The notes below the pieces were generated by a model. The model was given only the letters and a program-made list of their open reading frames with translations. It had not been told where the DNA came from and searched no databases. Shown here one piece after another: positions 61,786-64,000 of a stretch of 64,000 nucleotides of DNA (position 1 is its first letter; every line of letters begins with the position of its first letter). Both the position numbers and the translations under genes were made by a program. Origin of the DNA: Octopus sinensis (Eukaryota); assembly GCF_006345805.1 (NCBI RefSeq), contig NC_043007.1, positions 60,326,001 through 60,390,000 on the forward strand, given 5' to 3'.

Positions 61786-62709
61786 TAATATATATATGAA
61801 TACAAATACATTCCATGTGTGCTTTTGTTGGGCAGAAAAAAGAGTGGTCTCCTGACAGATCATTTCGCAGTTTCTTGACCCTCCTCAGAAAATATATGCC
61901 CACTTTCCCTTTTTATCCAAGAAGTATAGTACATTCAGTGGCTATCTAGAATAAACATAAATAAAACTCCTACTGAAGTGGATAGCTTTATTTGCATATT
62001 TGTGTTTTTGACATCTATTTGGTGGACATGTGTCTATACATACATGCATACCTATATATATAAATATTTATATATCATCATTATTTTAATGTCTATTCTT
62101 CCAAGCTTGCATGATTGTAACATTTGTTTACAACAATTATCACGTGATGACATGGCTAGGAGACAGCAACACATGTACTCACACATATACTGATAGATCT
62201 ATATAGATAGACAGACAGACAGACAGACAATCTGTGTCTCAACATTTAGAGAGAACACATTGATTTGTTGTTTATAGTTTAGGATTTTTTATTACCACAT
62301 CAGTCAGTTGACCTGTATTATCCATTCTGATAACAGTTGTAACCCATAGTACTGTCAGGCAATCTTTTTCTAAATGATTTTTGTAATTGTAACTTTTCTT
62401 GATTGTTTAAATTTCTAAGTACCTCAGTATTTTCTAATAAATTTATATTTCCATCAATAGTTAAAATTCACATACTTGACATGATTTCATTCTCTTCATC
62501 CTTTAAAATGTTTTTTTTTTTTTTGTTTTGCCATATCACATGCATATAGAAATCAATTCTGTAGCACAGCTTTCACCTCTTATCTTCAATATTGCAGCTA
62601 AGTCTAATGCTTCATTGTTGATTTGTTTCTTTGTATCTATGAGTCTTCCTTGATAGATACTATCCATTGTGAGTTTATTTCTCCTATTCAGTTTTCATTA
62701 TATTTTGAT

Positions 62710-63310
62710 TTTGTCATCATTATCATCATCCTCCTTTAACATCTGTATTCTATACTGCTGTGAGTTGAATGGTTCAACTGGGCCTGACTGAAAGTTGTGT
62801 TGGTCTTTAGTGTCTGCTTTGAAAAAGTTTCTACAGCTGGATGCCCTTCCAATGCAAACCACTTTACAGATTGTACCCTGTGCTTTTTACATAGTACCAG
62901 CACTAATGGGAGTACCAAGTAATTCACAAGACTAGACTCACTGAGTGGGGTGCAAAACTGAGGGAGGTGGCTTTGTTCCAGGTGTAGAGAGGCTAAAGTA
63001 GAAAAGGGTATCCCAACAGAAAAGGGAGAAAGGATAGTAGAGATGAGATACGAGGGTGTGTCTTCAAAGTACAAGAAGTTGAATAGAGAATAGGGGCTGA
63101 GAATCAAGGGCAGCTGAGTGGGTTGGTAAAAGATATGAAGTGAGAGGGAGATGGAAGATACACAGTGTCAGAGACAGAAGCTACATATACATAGGAGAGG
63201 ATATAGTGAGTTACAAAAAGGAGAATTGATGGCACAGATGAAAGGGTGTTCAGGAGAAATGGACATTGAGTGGACACGTGGTGGTAAGGGATGATGTTGG
63301 GCGTGCACAT
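62710..63310 (-). mobile_element. 3'UTR and tail of an RTE-type LINE (non-coding)
   Basis: (ATC)n tail, ttctacagctggatgcccttccaatgcaaaccactttacag, then a purine-rich plus-strand tract like 10300-10850. Confidence 0.7.
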
Positions 63311-64000
63311 CCCTTATTCCTGTTAATTTCCTTGTGTGCTGTTGTCTTGCCTGTTCCTATGTTGAGTTGGAATTTCATTGTGTTTAGTTTTGAAAGCATT
63401 TTTGTTTTTATTTAAGTAAGTTTGTTCTGTAAGTGTAAGATTATAGAAGAATTCACTAAGTTGGTTTGCTATAAGGAGTGCAATGATGTAATTATGAGAT
63501 TGTAAAAATGTAGAACTCTGTAGCAGCAAGCTGGAGAACTAAGAGTAAATGTTTTTAATAGAATTTGCAATGTAGATCTTGTGCAAATAGTTTTAAATTA
63601 AGAATGACTAATTTAAAGCTGGCTTTTATTTTCATTAAAAATAACCCACTGTTTCTATTTACAACCAGTAAGCATCAGTCTTTTAGTTGTTTGCTCTGTA
63701 AGCTATGAGCAGCCTTTTTGCTTTTAGTCATTATTTTTATGTTATATCCTGCCAGATATGGTGCTGTGGTATTGCTTGTAACTTTTCTCAGAGAACCTGA
63801 TATCTATTCTCCCTCTAGATTAATGGAGATTAAGTGTCTTACTCAAGATTGTCTTACTCATAAACTGCAAAAAGGAACTCAGGACAATGTGATCTCATGT
63901 GATTATAGTCCTGTACTTCAACTATTGCCAGTTTTGTGTGAACAGACATATGAAATCAGCTTTGGGGTTGTTCACAACATAACTGGGTATGTTAATATAA

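Noticed and set aside
39571-64000. Next constitutive PMCA exon (expected ...KEKSVLQxKLTKLAxQIG)
   Set aside because: Looked for by eye and not found; presumed downstream of the window or hidden in the N gap.

Overview
AT-rich, CpG-poor eukaryotic DNA with one 100-N assembly gap (60483-60582). The repeat families and long introns point to a coleoid cephalopod, probably Octopus (inference). The window holds the 5' part of one + strand gene, a plasma-membrane Ca2+-ATPase (PMCA/ATP2B, P2B P-type ATPase). Five coding exons join in frame with GT-AG sites: 5962-6124, 21441-21635, 24864-25106, 37686-37811 and 39427-39570 (or -39558). Together they give about 290 aa: N-terminus, TM1-TM2, the actuator domain with TGES, and the start of the first cytosolic loop. 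The gene then enters an intron of more than 24 kb at the position of vertebrate PMCA splice site A. I did not recognise the next constitutive exon in the window. The most interesting signal lies in this intron: a well-formed 36-nt, frame-preserving candidate cassette exon (49116-49151) in a transposon-poor island, flanked by a dense YGCY cluster. There are also tandem in-frame donors on exon 5 and weaker 12-nt and 63-nt candidates. The remaining sequence is intron filled with tRNA-derived SINEs, decayed RTE and CR1-like LINEs, Tc1/mariner, pogo and Chapaev-like remnants, piggyBac-type MITEs and microsatellites. Repeat boundaries are approximate and family names were assigned by eye, without a database search.
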